This document shows positions 1-12,911 of a stretch of 64,000 bases of DNA, piece by piece. How positions within the stretch are numbered: the stretch's first letter is position 1; each line of letters starts with the position of its first letter. This DNA comes from Octopus vulgaris. Lineage: Eukaryota. Below the pieces are notes generated by a model. It was not told where the DNA came from and ran no database searches. It saw only the letters and a list, made by a program, of their open reading frames with translations. The position numbers and the translations under genes are program-made. The stretch spans positions 3,906,001 to 3,970,000 of the forward strand of contig OX597830.1 of the NCBI GenBank assembly GCA_951406725.2. The letters run 5' to 3'.

Positions 1-744
1 TTGGTAGTCAGGCAGACCTACAGTTCGATAACATCTCTAACTCCCGCCACATTCTACCATAACAAACAACTGCGCTTTCCTCTGCGTGTCGTAATGTTGG
101 CCTTGGAATCATTCCTTGATTTTGGCGGGGTGTTTGTTCATGGGATCGGCCGCATTTGATAGGGTAGAATGGAAGGTGGGGCGAGGCGGGTGAGATCTAT
201 ATTCTTCGTACTGTAAGTTAAGCCAATATAATTATATTTTATTAATAAACATCTCCGAAATATGGAAAGCAGAAATTATCTTCATTATCATTATTTGTAG
301 CAGTAATGGTTGTTGTTGTAAATATTTCTTACTGCATTTCCCGCAACCCCCAACACTTCTCTGTCCTCTACCGGCGCCTGCGATAGAACTGGCGACAGCA
401 ACCGATTCCTTCGTTATTACCGTAAAAAAATATACAGAAGTGGCCAACATCGTAAGAGAGAGGTTAAATTCGCAATGAGCTGACTCGGCGAACCGGGTTC
501 GTTTCTCAGTTGGACTTCTTTCACTTGGCTCATCTTCGAAAAGTAAATAAATGACTTGTTTACCATTTTTTCTTCTGCTTCCACAGAAATATTAAATTTT
601 TTTTTTTTTTATCTCAAATGTCAAAGCAATCCAACAACCTCTGCTTTCATTGGTACACTAACAATGCTCTCAGTGCTACATCTATCTTACTAATAACCAA
701 CATTGGCGTCTGCTACTACTGCGTCTGCAACAGAACAAACCAGC

Positions 745-1175
745 GAGACACTATGTGGTCGATATACATTGCTAGAAATGCCAACTAAATACCTTCAAAT
801 CAAACGATATCGCTTTCAAAACAAGGGAAAACTACACACGAGAGATTGTACTGCTAAGTAAATAAACCTGCAGGATGGTCATAGCTGGAATGCCTTTTGT
901 TATAGGTCTGTTAGACGATGGCTGACCTGGGGCTAAACAACGACAAAAATAATAAATTCTTCTACGGAAGCTCACTGTGGTCAGTCTGCTTGTTAGAAAT
1001 AGCAGGCAATTTCCCTCAAATCACACCCAACTGTCTTAGGAGAAGGAAAGAAAGGACATACTGGAGGATGTAGTCAAAGATACGCGGAAAGTTGGGGTGG
1101 TCACACTTTGACTGTCTTTGGTTAAAGCGCTGCAGGACGAAGATTGACCCGCGGTGGAACTACTACTACTACTAC
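745..1175 (+). repeat. Two tandem decayed copies of dispersed repeat family E (about 745-955 and 966-1175); probable SINE/LINE 3' part
   Basis: Both carry TGTGGTC..T(G/T)(C/T)TAGAAAT..CAAATC.. and GG(A/G)TGGTCA..; the first ends GCTGACCTGGGGCTAAACAAC. Related copies lie at about 12640-12775, 14118-14170, 14360-14610 (-), 27545-27712 (-), 37615-38126 (-), 45520-45712 (-), 54588-54665 and 57630-57790. Confidence 0.7.
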
Positions 1176-1481
1176 AATTCTTTTTACAACTGATTTAAGC
1201 ATCAAAACAAAGATGTGGCTTCTAAAGAGCAACCTTTATATGCGTATGTGTGTGAGTGTATACACACACACACATACACACATGCATACAAATGTGTGTA
1301 AACACATGACAGGCATTTGCAGATAGATAGATATACAAAGTGATATGATCACACAGACATGAAACAATATAGGCACATTTTTTAATAGAAATCTGTGTAT
1401 ATATATATATATATATGCATACACATACACGCACATAGATATATATGGTCAATTCAAAGAACAAACAATTAAAACATACAC

Positions 1482-1522
<41 letters not shown>

Positions 1523-3189
1523 CACACACATACACATATATACATAATAGTATATACATACATTTATGCGTTTAACTGTGTGAAGGTTTTATTATAATTT
1601 TTACAGATAGTTCCTATTCCTTCCCAAAATTTCACTTTTTCCATTTTGGTTTCATCACCAACCGAATTTCTCTAGCTTTTTCCCTTCTGTATCAAATCAT
1701 CCATGTACACAAGTGCTTGCGCTAGGATAAATGCAAACGTAAAAAGAAGTACTCAATACATTGAACTGAGTTTCTAAATTTTTACTAAGTTCATGATTAG
1801 CTTATGTCAGGAGTTTCTTCAGCCAACCCATCTCTCCCAGATGCGGGAAACCAATGAGGGACCGAGAGAGAGAGAGAGAACCACCAACTTGACACAAACA
1901 CATATATATACATATACGTACATATCTTCATATAAACATCACATGCTCCTACACAAGTGTTTCACAAGCATACACCATGGGAAATTGTTTAACCCTTTCA
2001 CTTCATCGCCCCCGCTATGGCACTAATGCAAAGAGGTACATCTTCCAGAGTGACACAGTCACGTTTTACAGTTGTCCAGTCACCCTTTTTTTTCACCCCT
2101 CATCAGAAACTTAGTGCTCCATTAAAATAGTAGGATCATTTCCAAACTGAATGAAATGAACTGTCCTACAGTTGAGAGTTAGACATCAGCTGCCTCAAAG
2201 AAGAGAGAGAGAGAGACAACTGGAGTGAGAGAGAGAGAGTGTGTGAATGAGAGAGCGAGAGAGAGAGAGCAGAATCGGCGTGTTGTAGTATCATATCGTA
2301 CCTTGTGGACTAACCTGAATACGGGCAATACAGTATATATTATATACTTATTTAAAACATATAGCCACACACACATATATATATGCATGTACAGACGTAT
2401 ATATATATATATATATGTAAGCCTCTAGGATAGTGTCAAATTGCACAAAGATTCAAATCTCGGTAGGTTTCAAGAACTTTGTATACATCTGTATGAGTTT
2501 GTGTGCATTCTGTAATTTTTACATGTGTCTGTGCGTGTGTATGCATGTTATCAGTGTGGAAACTTTGTGTATATGTCGGTTTATGCAAGTGTGCTCACTC
2601 ACAAACACACATACATACATAAATGAAAGACAGAGAATGTGAAAGTGTGTGTGTGTGTGTGTGTGTATGCATATTTATCAGATCTTTTCATATTTTCTTT
2701 TTTCCAAAGCTGATAATGAACACAGTTATGTTTGTGTGTATATATGAATGTTTGCATGCATGTATGTATGTATATATGTTTACATGTATGCAATTGTGTA
2801 TGTATATATGTTTGAAATAAGATGTTGGTATGCCTCTATGTATGTATATATATATATGTCGGTAGATAAGTATGTTTGCATGTAAATATCTATACATACA
2901 TATGTACATATGTATGCATTCATGTGTGTTTTCACTCACTCACGCATATTCTTGTAAATTTCTGAATATAACTGTATATAAAAAGTTTGTGTATATATGT
3001 ATACATATATATACATACATATATATATATATATATGAGTAAACGTAGTACTTGCTTTTTCTCCATTAATCTGTCGATAATAATGTATTGCAATCTATTG
3101 CATTATGTACACCGTACTATAAAGGTCTTGAATTTTAGGTGAATATATATAAAGTCAGATACATATATAGTGGTGCATATAGGACAGAT

Positions 3190-3469
3190 ATATATATAAT
3201 GTGTATGTATTGATATATATATGTCTGTGTATATATATATATATATGTGTATGTATTCATATATATATGTCTGTGTATATATATATGTGTATGTGTTTAT
3301 ATATATATGTCTATGTATATATGTGTGTATGTATTTATATGTCTGTGTATATATGTGTGTATGTATTTATATATATGTCTGTGTATATATATGTGTATGT
3401 ATTTATATATACATATATATGTCTGTGTATATATATGTGTATGTATTTATATATATATATAAATATATG

Positions 3470-3504
<35 letters not shown>

Positions 3505-3545
3505 CTGTATATATATGTTTATGTATATATATATATATGTGTGTG

Positions 3546-3580
<35 letters not shown>

Positions 3581-3665
3581 GTCTGTGTATATATATATAT
3601 GTATATATATATATGTGTATATATGTCTGTGTATATATATATATGTGTATGTTTATATATATGCA
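3190..3665. repeat. Compound (TA/TG) microsatellite with a roughly 36-bp higher-order unit
   Basis: GTCTGTGTATATATAT..GTGTATGTATTTATATATAT recurs; this explains the spurious Y/I/V/C ORFs here. Confidence 0.9.
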
Positions 3666-4329
3666 CATACCTAAGTCTGTATATAGCCTGTATGCCTAAA
3701 ATATACATATCTATATACTGTATGCCTAAAAACATTGATTTGTTATAAAGTAATCACATAACTTTTTTTTATATAATTTTCTAAAACAAGGAAATATAAA
3801 AAAAAAATTTAAAAAAAGGCAACCATTCGATATGCCCCTCCCCTCCACTCCCACCAATTTATTCCACATTATTGATTATTTCTACTTCTTTGATTAATCA
3901 AAACATTCCATTTTATTGTGTAACTTATTTAGCATTTCTACTTCGATATTCTTTTTTGTCTTTTCCGATGAAGAATTTAAGAAATTAACTCATAATGATT
4001 ATCTAATTAAAGAAAAAGGAAACCAAAAGATTAATAAAAATAGAATAAAGCAAGTATTTTTTTTTTCTTTGGTTACTGAGTCATTTTTCTTAAAAAAAGA
4101 AAAAAAAGGCTATTTATTGTTTTATGTAATTATTACTTGCTGCTATTAATAACAAATTTCTTTCACCTTCAAAAGGTCTTTTTCTTAGAAAAATATTATC
4201 AATAATAATAATAAACACCACTACACACATAACGGCACGGATTTTCATGCTGATGTTGTTATCACTGTCACATTTGTGGTGTGGCTGTTTAATTTTATGA
4301 CTTTCTGCACAAAATACTATTATATGCAA

Positions 4330-4470
4330 GCACTACCATCACCATTATCATCATTATCATCCTCATTACAATTGTTGTCGTCATCATTTTCGGTATGATC
4401 ATTATCACTAGCATCATCATTATTGTCATTGTGAACATCATTATCGTCATTGTCATCATCTTTGTCATCA
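4330..4470. repeat. Degenerate (ATC/ATT/GTC)n trinucleotide tract
   Basis: Direct reading: CATCATTATCATCCTCATTAC... Confidence 0.85.
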
Positions 4471-4849
4471 CTTTTCTTTTTTGCATTGTCTAACTTTATT
4501 GTCCCATCCAGTACTTAATACAATACATGATTGATCTAGTTGTTGCTGTTAACCATTAACCTAACAATATCTTTGGGAAGATATTCACAAGAAAGGAAAA
4601 AAGAAAAAAATGCATCCATCCATCCATCCATCTATCCATCCATCCATCCATCCGTAACTTGGATGCGGTAAAGATTTGTTTTGTACATGTGTTCAATTGT
4701 GAAAGAAAATACAGCAGCTGTGTTTGTAGTAGTAGTAGTAATAACATTGAAGATATCCATACAAACATGCATGTACACATGTAGCTTGATATTAAAAATT
4801 AATGTTCAGTAGTGATGTAACTGCAGTGAAAACAGACGGAATTTGGCTA

Positions 4850-5175
4850 AAATGAAGAGAAATTAAAAGCTGGAGGTAACATACTGATAGTTCGAGATGG
4901 CAAAAGAGAAAGATTGTGACAATGAATGAATGAAGGAGAAAGGAAGGAGAGAGAGAATGAATGAATGTGATGAGAAAAAGAAGAAAAAGAAGAAAAAAAT
5001 AAAAGGGAGAAAAATGGGGAAGGATGAAAGGATGGAGAGAATAAGCGAAGGGAGTGAGACAATGGAAAGAGAAGAAGGATTAAGAAATATTAAGTGGAAG
5101 GAGGGAGAAATGAATGGAATGGAAGAAGACTTTGACTGGTTGCATGTGAGGAGATATGGAGAATTGTCTTGAGGA
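4850..5175 (+). repeat. Purine-rich (GA/GAA/GAAT) low-complexity tract
   Basis: About 320 bp of mostly A/G on the + strand. Confidence 0.85.
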
Positions 5176-5355
5176 GAGTGTAGCTGTACAGCCATTTGTT
5201 TGGCTCCGTTACGTGAGGCTTGCCGATGAATGAATACTGCAAGCAAATGTCTCCTCACAGCAATTGATTTACTTTATACAACAATCTGTTCACTCCGAAG
5301 TCAATGATTCCAGCTAAAAATACAATGCTGACATGTGCATTGCATGTAGTTATGG

Positions 5356-5434
5356 GTGTGTGTGTGTGTGTGTGTTTATCTATCTATCTATTTATGTGTA
5401 TGTATGTGTATGTGTGTCTGTCTGTATGTGTGTG

Positions 5435-5468
<34 letters not shown>

Positions 5469-5517
5469 TATATATACACACACACACACATACATATATA
5501 TACACACACATACATAC

Positions 5518-5584
<67 letters not shown>

Positions 5585-5589
5585 CACAC

Positions 5590-5639
<50 letters not shown>

Positions 5640-5640
5640 T
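5356..5640. repeat. Compound (TG)/(TA)/(CA) microsatellite
   Basis: Direct reading. Confidence 0.95.
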
Positions 5641-5739
5641 TGAAAGTAAATATACTCAAATATGCACACATTTACTAAAAGTGAAAGCATTTCTTATTTA
5701 CAACTAAAAGTTGGGATGCTGGCAAAAGTGAAAGTAAAG

Positions 5740-6060
5740 ACATGTATGAGTTGGGCAAAATTAGTTGGAGTAAATTTTCTCTAGCTGGGTGCCCTTCCTG
5801 TTGCTAACCCTCACCTGTTTCCAAGCAATATTTCTCATGGCTAGACATGTTTTTATAGATGACTAGAAACAAACTGCATCACTTGTAGTATGGTAATGCT
5901 CATTTACAACCATCCTGTGATGCCAAGACAATGGTATACACACACACAAAGCCTGGGACTATAATCGAAGACACTTGACCAAGGTGTCATGCCACAAGAC
6001 TGAACTCAAAACCACATGGGAGGAAAGCAGACCTCTTAACCACACAGCCATGCCAGCACA
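5740..6060 (-). mobile_element. SINE, family C head with RTE-type tail (decayed)
   Basis: Reverse complement gives GGCATGGCTGTGTGGTTAAGAGG..GAGTTCAGTC..GACACCTTGGTCAAGTGTCTTC, then GCTTGGAAACAGGTGAGGGTTAGCAACAGGAAGGGCACCCAGCT. Confidence 0.75.
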
Positions 6061-6631
6061 CACATACACACAATGGAGGACTGAAAAGAAGCCTGCACAA
6101 AGAGCAGAACTTATCTGCAGGTCTTGGTGGTCCAAATCAGAGGTGCAATCTATGTGGGTGTCTTTTCAGAACATTTTTCTGGTTTAAAAAGCCACATCAG
6201 ATGCCATGATGGTGCTAAAGTATAGGTACAGGAGGTGGTAAAACTCTGTATAAGGAGTAGAGAACCACACACACACTCATATATATATATATACATATAT
6301 ATGTATACACACACACACATACATATGTGTGTGCATGTATATATATGTGTGTATGTAAATGCATTTTTCTGGTTGTTGGTTAAGTTTAAAGTACTTGTTG
6401 AAAAAAAAATGTCCAATTTGTAAACTTCATGCTTTGCAAATAATAGTGTTGATTTATGACTTTTATACAGAATTATTTACAAAAATTAAAATAATGAAGT
6501 AATTGCTCTTAAAGCGATGTATTAAACTTGATTGATTTTATATATTAAGAAAATATAAATATTGATTGGATGAACAAGGGAAAGGGTTGAAAAATAAACC
6601 TGAGAACAGGGGTCAATGATATGGGCTAACA

Positions 6632-6862
6632 GGGCGGCGAGCTGGCAGAAACATTAGCACGCCGGGCGAAATGCGTAGCAGTATTTCGTCTGTCGTTACA
6701 TTCCGAGTTCAAATTCCGCCGAGGTCGACTTTGCCTTTCATCCTTTCGGGGTCGATAAATTAAGTACCAGTTTCGCACTGGGGTCGATGTAATCGACTTA
6801 ATCCCTTTGTCTGTCTTTGTTTGTCCCCTCTATGTTTAGCCCCTTGTGGGTAGTAAAGAAAT
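6632..6862 (+). mobile_element. Young full-length tRNA-derived SINE, family A
   Basis: A-box-like AGCTGGCAGAAAC, B-box GAGTTCAAATTCC, core GCCTTTCATCCTTTCGGGGTCGATAAATTAAGTACCAG. Perfect 15-bp TSD TGATATGGGCTAACA at 6617-6631 and 6863-6877. Confidence 0.95.
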
Positions 6863-7101
6863 TGATATGGGCTAACAAAAAGAAAGAAATGTCCTGGCAT
6901 TGAAGACTAAAGTGAAGAAAATGAAAGGGTTTCATGAATTTGCTTTTGAAATACAATTCTATTATATTTTTGTAAAAGACAAAAAAAGGGAAGCATCATT
7001 GGGATGAGAGAAAAATTATGAAAGATAACTGTCTCATACTTTTTTTTTTTACAAACTAGTAAATGAGTTGATACATTTATATTTCGAAGTAGAAAGTATG
7101 T

Positions 7102-7488
7102 GGTGGTTGGCACTCCATCGGTTACAACAACGAGGGTTCTAGTTGATCCGATCAACAGAACAGCCTGCTTGTGAAATTAACATGCAAGTGGCTGAGCACT
7201 CTACAGACACGTGTACCCTTAGCGTAGTTCTCGGGGAGATTCAGCGTGACACTGAGTGTGACAAGGCTGGCCCTTTGAAATACAGGTACAACAGAAACAG
7301 GAAGAAAGAGTGAGAGAAAGTTGGGGTGAAAGAGCACAGCAGGGTTTGCCACCATCCCCTGCTGAAGCCTCATGGAACTTTAGGTGTTTTCACTCAATAA
7401 ACACTCACAATGCCTGGTCTGGGAATCGAAACCACGATCCTACGACTCTGAGTCAGCTTCCCTAACTACTGGGCCATTGCGCCTCCAC
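7102..7488 (-). mobile_element. Full-length tRNA-derived SINE, family D
   Basis: Head TGGCCCAGTAGTTAGG..GGTTTCGATTCCC on the - strand; tail ..GTAACCGATGGAGTGCCAACC. TSD AGAAAGTATGT (7091-7101) / AGAGAGTATGT (7489-7499), 10 of 11 matching. Confidence 0.9.
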
Positions 7489-8344
7489 AGAGAGTATGTA
7501 CACATATATATATAGACAGATGAGAGAAAAATTATATTTGATCAGCACAAGATGGCTGACAGAATCAGTCCCCATTGCACAAGGACTGAGATATGTCTCC
7601 CTACAAAGATTAAATGTTGTCTCGGTTTAAAGGGAATGGGGAAGAATTGATACAAGATTAAGAAAAATTTAACGTGAAATAGATCCTATAACGCTGATGA
7701 CAAGATAATCTTTAACAAATGAATATGTATGTATATACATATGAATGTAAGTATATGTATACATGTATGTATGTATGTAATTAAGAATACATATATTTAT
7801 ATATATGTATTTATAAATGTATATTTATATATATATGCATATGTATGTATACATATGAATGTGTGTGTATATATGTATACATATATATATATATATATGT
7901 ATATATATACAGATACACACACACACTATATAATAAATATCTGTCTGTGCAGGTGTATCATCATCATATATGTATATGTATATAAAATCTGTGTTAAAAA
8001 TTATTCATTTGTTATCCAGCCTATTGGCTCTATTTCACATTTAATGCTTCTTAATCTCTTCTCCCCTTCTTTAAAGTGAGACATTTGATCTTTGTGACTA
8101 GTTATACTTCAGGCCTTTAGCAATGGGCTGTGTTTCTGTCATCTATCTAGTGTGTTTGTATGTCTGTCTGTCTATCTATCTCTCTCCATCCATCCATCTA
8201 TGTGTGTGTATTTACATACACATATGTATATGTGTACTTAGATGTACATGTGTATGCACATACATATGTATACATAGATGTATATATATATATGTGTGTG
8301 TTTGCATGTATGCACATTTATATATATACATAGACACACTCATT

Positions 8345-9010
8345 AATTTCATCACCTTTAAAGTAGTATTTGACAGTGTTTACCAAGATGTACTCAGGAG
8401 TATCTTGAGAGTTTGCTGGAGCCGAAAAACAGATGTATCAACATTTTTAAGTTGCCATATGAGTGTTGCACAAAGATGAGCAGTGGAACCATCAATATGT
8501 TTGAAATTGCTACCAGAGTGAGACAGGGTCGCATCTTGTCACTGTTTCCATTCCTGAAAGTGACTGATTTCATCATGCAGAAAGTGAAGGGTCACACCAG
8601 TTTTGGAATAAGGTGGGGACTGGACAAGCTGGTACATTTAGCATTACTAAGGTCTGACAGAGATACTCTGCCATCTATGACAAACAGCCTTTACAGTTTA
8701 GATGCAAAAGCAGGTCTGTGGAATAGGGCACCGAGTCATTTGGTGGAGCCCAAGCACAACTTGTCAATCTTAGGGAAACATAAAATTGAATACTTTGATC
8801 ACTTTGCATTCTTCAGAAACAGTTTTTACTAATGAGTATGATGCAGAAGTTGAAATCAAGATGAAGATAGGTAAAGAAACATCAGTATTCCAATGCCTTC
8901 ATCCAGTATGGAGATTGAAGACCATTATCCAAAAGCTAAAACTGTAGCTATTGTTATACCTACAGCCATCAAGGCCTATGAAACCTGGAAGAAAACAGCA
9001 AAGATCTCTT
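8345..9010 (+). pseudogene. Decayed RTE-clade LINE reverse transcriptase fragment
   Basis: Frameshifted peptides FITFKVVFDSVYQDVLRSILR, TRVRQGRILSLFPFLKVTDFIMQK..GIRWG, EIKMKIGKETSVFQCLHPVW and IPTAIKAYETWK match RTE motifs (DFxKAFDSV, GVRQGCILSP, RIGKA, YGxETW). Confidence 0.85.
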
Positions 9011-9384
9011 GATATTCGTTTCTCATTATTTCAACATTCTACAACATTTCAATTATTTGCTTAATTTATTCTGTTGTTACCTCTAGAAAACAGAATTAAG
9101 CAGAGAAATAATGCAGTTTTTTATGCCTAGAAATATGTGTCTGTGTTTGTGAGAGTGGAAAATCACCATAAACATTATTACTAGTAGCCCTCTAGTAAAT
9201 CAATTGGGCATGAAAAACACATGGCAATTCTCGGTAACAGACAGTTGTATTATATTCCAAAGTAGATACTAAATTGTGTGGTCAGCAGCCACCTAAAAGA
9301 AGACAATATCTAGTAACAGATGTATGATTCTGAACATTTATTTTATTTCATTTTTATTTTTATTCTTTTCTTCTCTTCATCCTT

Positions 9385-10130
9385 TGTTACTCCATAAGAG
9401 TAGCATCATATCTTTTTACCTGCTTCTGAATGCTCTCAGAATCCATCCAACCACTCACCTGCACAGCATTGCCATCTTGGTAATATGCATATGGAATGTA
9501 GCACATTACTCATGTGGATTTTCAGGCCTTAGACCAGTTCTGACTCTGGAGATTGCAGAACCCCCTGGTCCTGTATATATTTTTTTTTTTCTTCTACTCT
9601 AAGCACAAGACACAAGTTGGTGGTGGGCAGTCAATTAGATTGACTCCAGTATGCAACTGGTACTTGATTTATCGGCCCTGAAAGGATGAAAGGCAAAGTT
9701 GACCTCGGTGGAATTTGAACTCTGAATGTAAAGACAGATGAAATACTGCTAAGCATTTCACCCAGCGTGCTATCGTTTCTGCCACCTTTGATCCTGTATA
9801 TTCTGACCGTAGTCTATTTGGGGGCTGACAGAGGAGTGCTTGGCATTGGACTGCATGTTATTTTCATCACTTGCATATTGCAGTCAGATCTTTTTGCAGT
9901 CTTAGGATGTCATTAGGAGCTTTGACTGACAGGTATACTTGTGTATGGCCAGCATAGCTGTGAGAGCGACTGACTGTATGGCTAAGGACATGTGTGAGAG
10001 AGCTATCACACACATTAATGGTTCTAGTACAGTTCCCTGATGGACTCTGCTAAGAATTCATGTCTCCTCACAAGGAACTCCATTGGCTGCAACTCTCTCA
10101 TTTTGTGATATTCTAATCAATATTTTGCCA
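9385..10130 (-). pseudogene. Old copy of the CR1-group LINE family also found at 35309-36450, interrupted by a family A SINE
   Basis: Minus-strand translation SRVHQGTVLEPLMCVIALSHMS..LQKDLTAICK..ENNMQ..EYTG|PGG..IHMS..TFHMHITKMAMLCR*VVGWILRAFRSR aligns by eye with the 35408-36418 protein. Confidence 0.85.
9579..9791 (-). mobile_element. SINE family A (short-tail variant)
   Basis: Reverse complement contains GAGTTCAAATTCCACCGAGGTCAACTTTGCCTTTCATCCTTTC. TSD TCCTGTATAT at 9569-9578 and 9792-9801. Confidence 0.9.
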
Positions 10131-11189
10131 CCAGTTCTTCACCAAAGTATATATACTGCATAGCAACTACTTTGTTTTATCATGTTGTAATTTCTATTTT
10201 GTCATTTACGGTATCTTATCAGTCTTTAATAAATATCAGTCGTGTTTACTCGTTACTCATTTGTCGATTGCTCTTCCACTTCCTTCTTATGTATTCATTG
10301 TCCACCTATGTCCTTCTCCAAACCCACCCTAATGCTATTGTATCTCCTGTATTGAGTACTTGATTGTAGCTTGACTGTATTCATAGGATCTCAGTCCTGT
10401 TTGTGTACGTACTCTCATTTATGAACAAACTAGTCCCATTCTTCTTTCTCCAGTCACACCTACCTGGCCCAGCAGCTTCTTCTCTTTGTTTCCCCTTTGA
10501 TATTTACTTTTGCACTCATCTCAAAATACTTCAATAAACACTTCTTCCTCTTCTCTGCAACAACCTGAAGTTGCAGCCTTGTCTGTTTCTTGTTATATAT
10601 CAATGTACAGATTTTTAATCTCAACATGAACCATGCCACTACCTGTAGTTTGTGCACCTGCAAATGTTAGCAGGTGCTGCTCCCTTTGCTTCTACCTTAA
10701 CATGAAATGATTGAAGATGAGGAAATGATAAGAAAAGAAATGAATATAAAATATGAATTTCTAACTTTTTGCACAATGCCACACATTTATAGTGGATGTG
10801 TTTCCTTTGAATTTATTAATAAAACATAACTAATACTTAATTTATGATCTCATAGAGAATTAATGATGAAGTGAACCCCAATAAGTGTTGAAATTAAAAT
10901 GTACAGAGTCTAGTTTATACCGTGAGTCATTTTGTCTGGGTTCCACTAATTCATTCTACTACTCCTTTCTTAACGAATATAGAATTTTAATTATAACAGT
11001 AACTGCTACACAGACTGCTATCTAGTCAACTTGGTGATAAACTCTTTCTCTATGTTAATTACCTATTCTATCTTTCACGTTTGCTTTATAGACATTTCTA
11101 GGTTTTCACTTGATTTCTTAAATGAATTGCTAACTGAAAAATAATTTCCCTTTCATTTGTTTTGGGTCACATATTTGCAACTATAAAAT

Positions 11190-11612
11190 ATAGGGTTCGC
11201 TGCAAGAAATTTACTTCCCATCAACATGGCTTTGGGTTCAGCCTTACTGTGTGATACCTTGGACAAGAGTTTTTCTCTTCTAACCCCAGGTCAACCAGAG
11301 CATTATCAGTGGATTTGGCAGACAAAATCTGAAAGAAATTTGTTGTGAATGTATATGTGTGTGTGTGTGTGTGTGCTTCCCCCCCCCCTTTCTTTGCACT
11401 GTGTGATAGTTGTAAACAAACGTCACCATCATACAGGCAGTGTTCCTTTGTTTCAAATATTCCATTTAAGTGTCCTACAGAGGGAAACATTAATTCGTTG
11501 GAAAAAAAGGTGAAGGCTGGCAGTAGGAAGGGCATCCAACCATAGAAAATCTGGCATAGCAGTTCCATCCAACCCAAGTAAACATGGAAAATTGCATGTT
11601 AAAACAATGATG
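11190..11612 (+). mobile_element. SINE, family C head + (TG)n + RTE-type tail
   Basis: GGGTTCAGCC..GTGGATTTGGCAGACAAAATCTGAAAGAA, then (TG)n, then AGGAAGGGCATCCAACCATAGAAAA..GTTAAAACAATGATGAT. Confidence 0.8.
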
Positions 11613-12911
11613 ATTCCAGTTTCTCTCATCCATCCATCCAACCAACCAACCAACCGTCTGTGCATCTCTCTTTCCATAGGGTTATTAATCCATATCTGAT
11701 CATGGAAATCAATGTTTGACCTTCTGTAATGTACTGGACCATGTTTCATGGAGAGAAATAATTGATGCTGCCAGGCTGCAATAATGATGACACTTGTAAC
11801 AATTCCTAAACATTGCTTTGATAATCTTTTAATTTATATCAGAATGTTTTAAAAGTGAGACAAGAAGTGGGGCTGGGTGGGAAGTGGGTGGACTTGGAAA
11901 ATGGAAGACAATGTAAAAGTGTGATGGTGTTCTTGTAGCCGATGACTGCAATGGGTTTACTTCTCTGATAACAATTTCTACTTAAACCATTTATAGAGGT
12001 CAAGATTCATTGGTGCTTTATTGCTTTTCTTTGGAATGGATTCACACAGCATTATCAGTGGCATCATATTTACCCTGGATACCAAAATAATGCGTAAGAT
12101 TGAATTTTTCTACTTACTTTTTGTTGCCAATTAAAAGTGAGAAGAAGCTTGTCAATAAAAGGCATGCAGGCTTGTCTCGAGATAAGATGAAGATGTTTGT
12201 GGCAGACGGAATGATAAGCTGGTTTTATCAGTTCTTTGGATCAAAACCAAATAACTAGCTTACTGTTTTAGCTGTGTTTGTTGTTTCATGCCAAAGTCTT
12301 TCTTAGATGTCACAACAAAAACAGATCCAGGCAAGTCATCTACAGGAATCAATAAAATGGTCTTCATAGTTTCTGTAGAAAGTTGAAAGATAAATATTTT
12401 GCCATTTCATTATGAAAATGTGAACAAAAGGGTGAACTAAACCACTGCAAAAGATACCATGTTTATGTTACTGGCTGTATATTTCTCTCATGACTTGTTT
12501 ATAACACACACACACACACACACTCTGTCATATCAAGTGAGATTGCAGCATGAGGACATGCTTACATAGATGATTGTTTCACTGGGAGTTAGAATTGTTA
12601 ACCATTTTCTTTTTTTTTTAATGTTAAAATATCTCCTCTCCCATAAATGAAGCAACATATTGGGAGATGTAGGTTGAGGCAGTTTATGTCTAAAAAAAGA
12701 TGGGACAGTCATGGCTGGAATACTTTTAATTGTAAGTGTATTTAGTCAGGGTTTATCTCTGATTAAGCAGCAATAAAAGTCTTTCTTGACACTGTATAGT
12801 ACCATTGGTGTTCTCAACCAAGGTTGAGCTGGGATTACACAACAACAATTTTTTAAATGCTACTCAAAATCTCATTTGTTATTCTCATATCTAATATTAT
12901 ATTTTCACGTT

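Noticed and set aside
232-450. 72-aa minus-strand ORF in the CpG-rich start
   Set aside because: No recognisable domain, low-complexity end, and no supported splice structure.
3201-3748. Long Y/I/V/C/M and H/T ORFs (also at 5304-5707, 15534-15858, 36464-37520 and elsewhere)
   Set aside because: They are translations of stop-free dinucleotide microsatellites.
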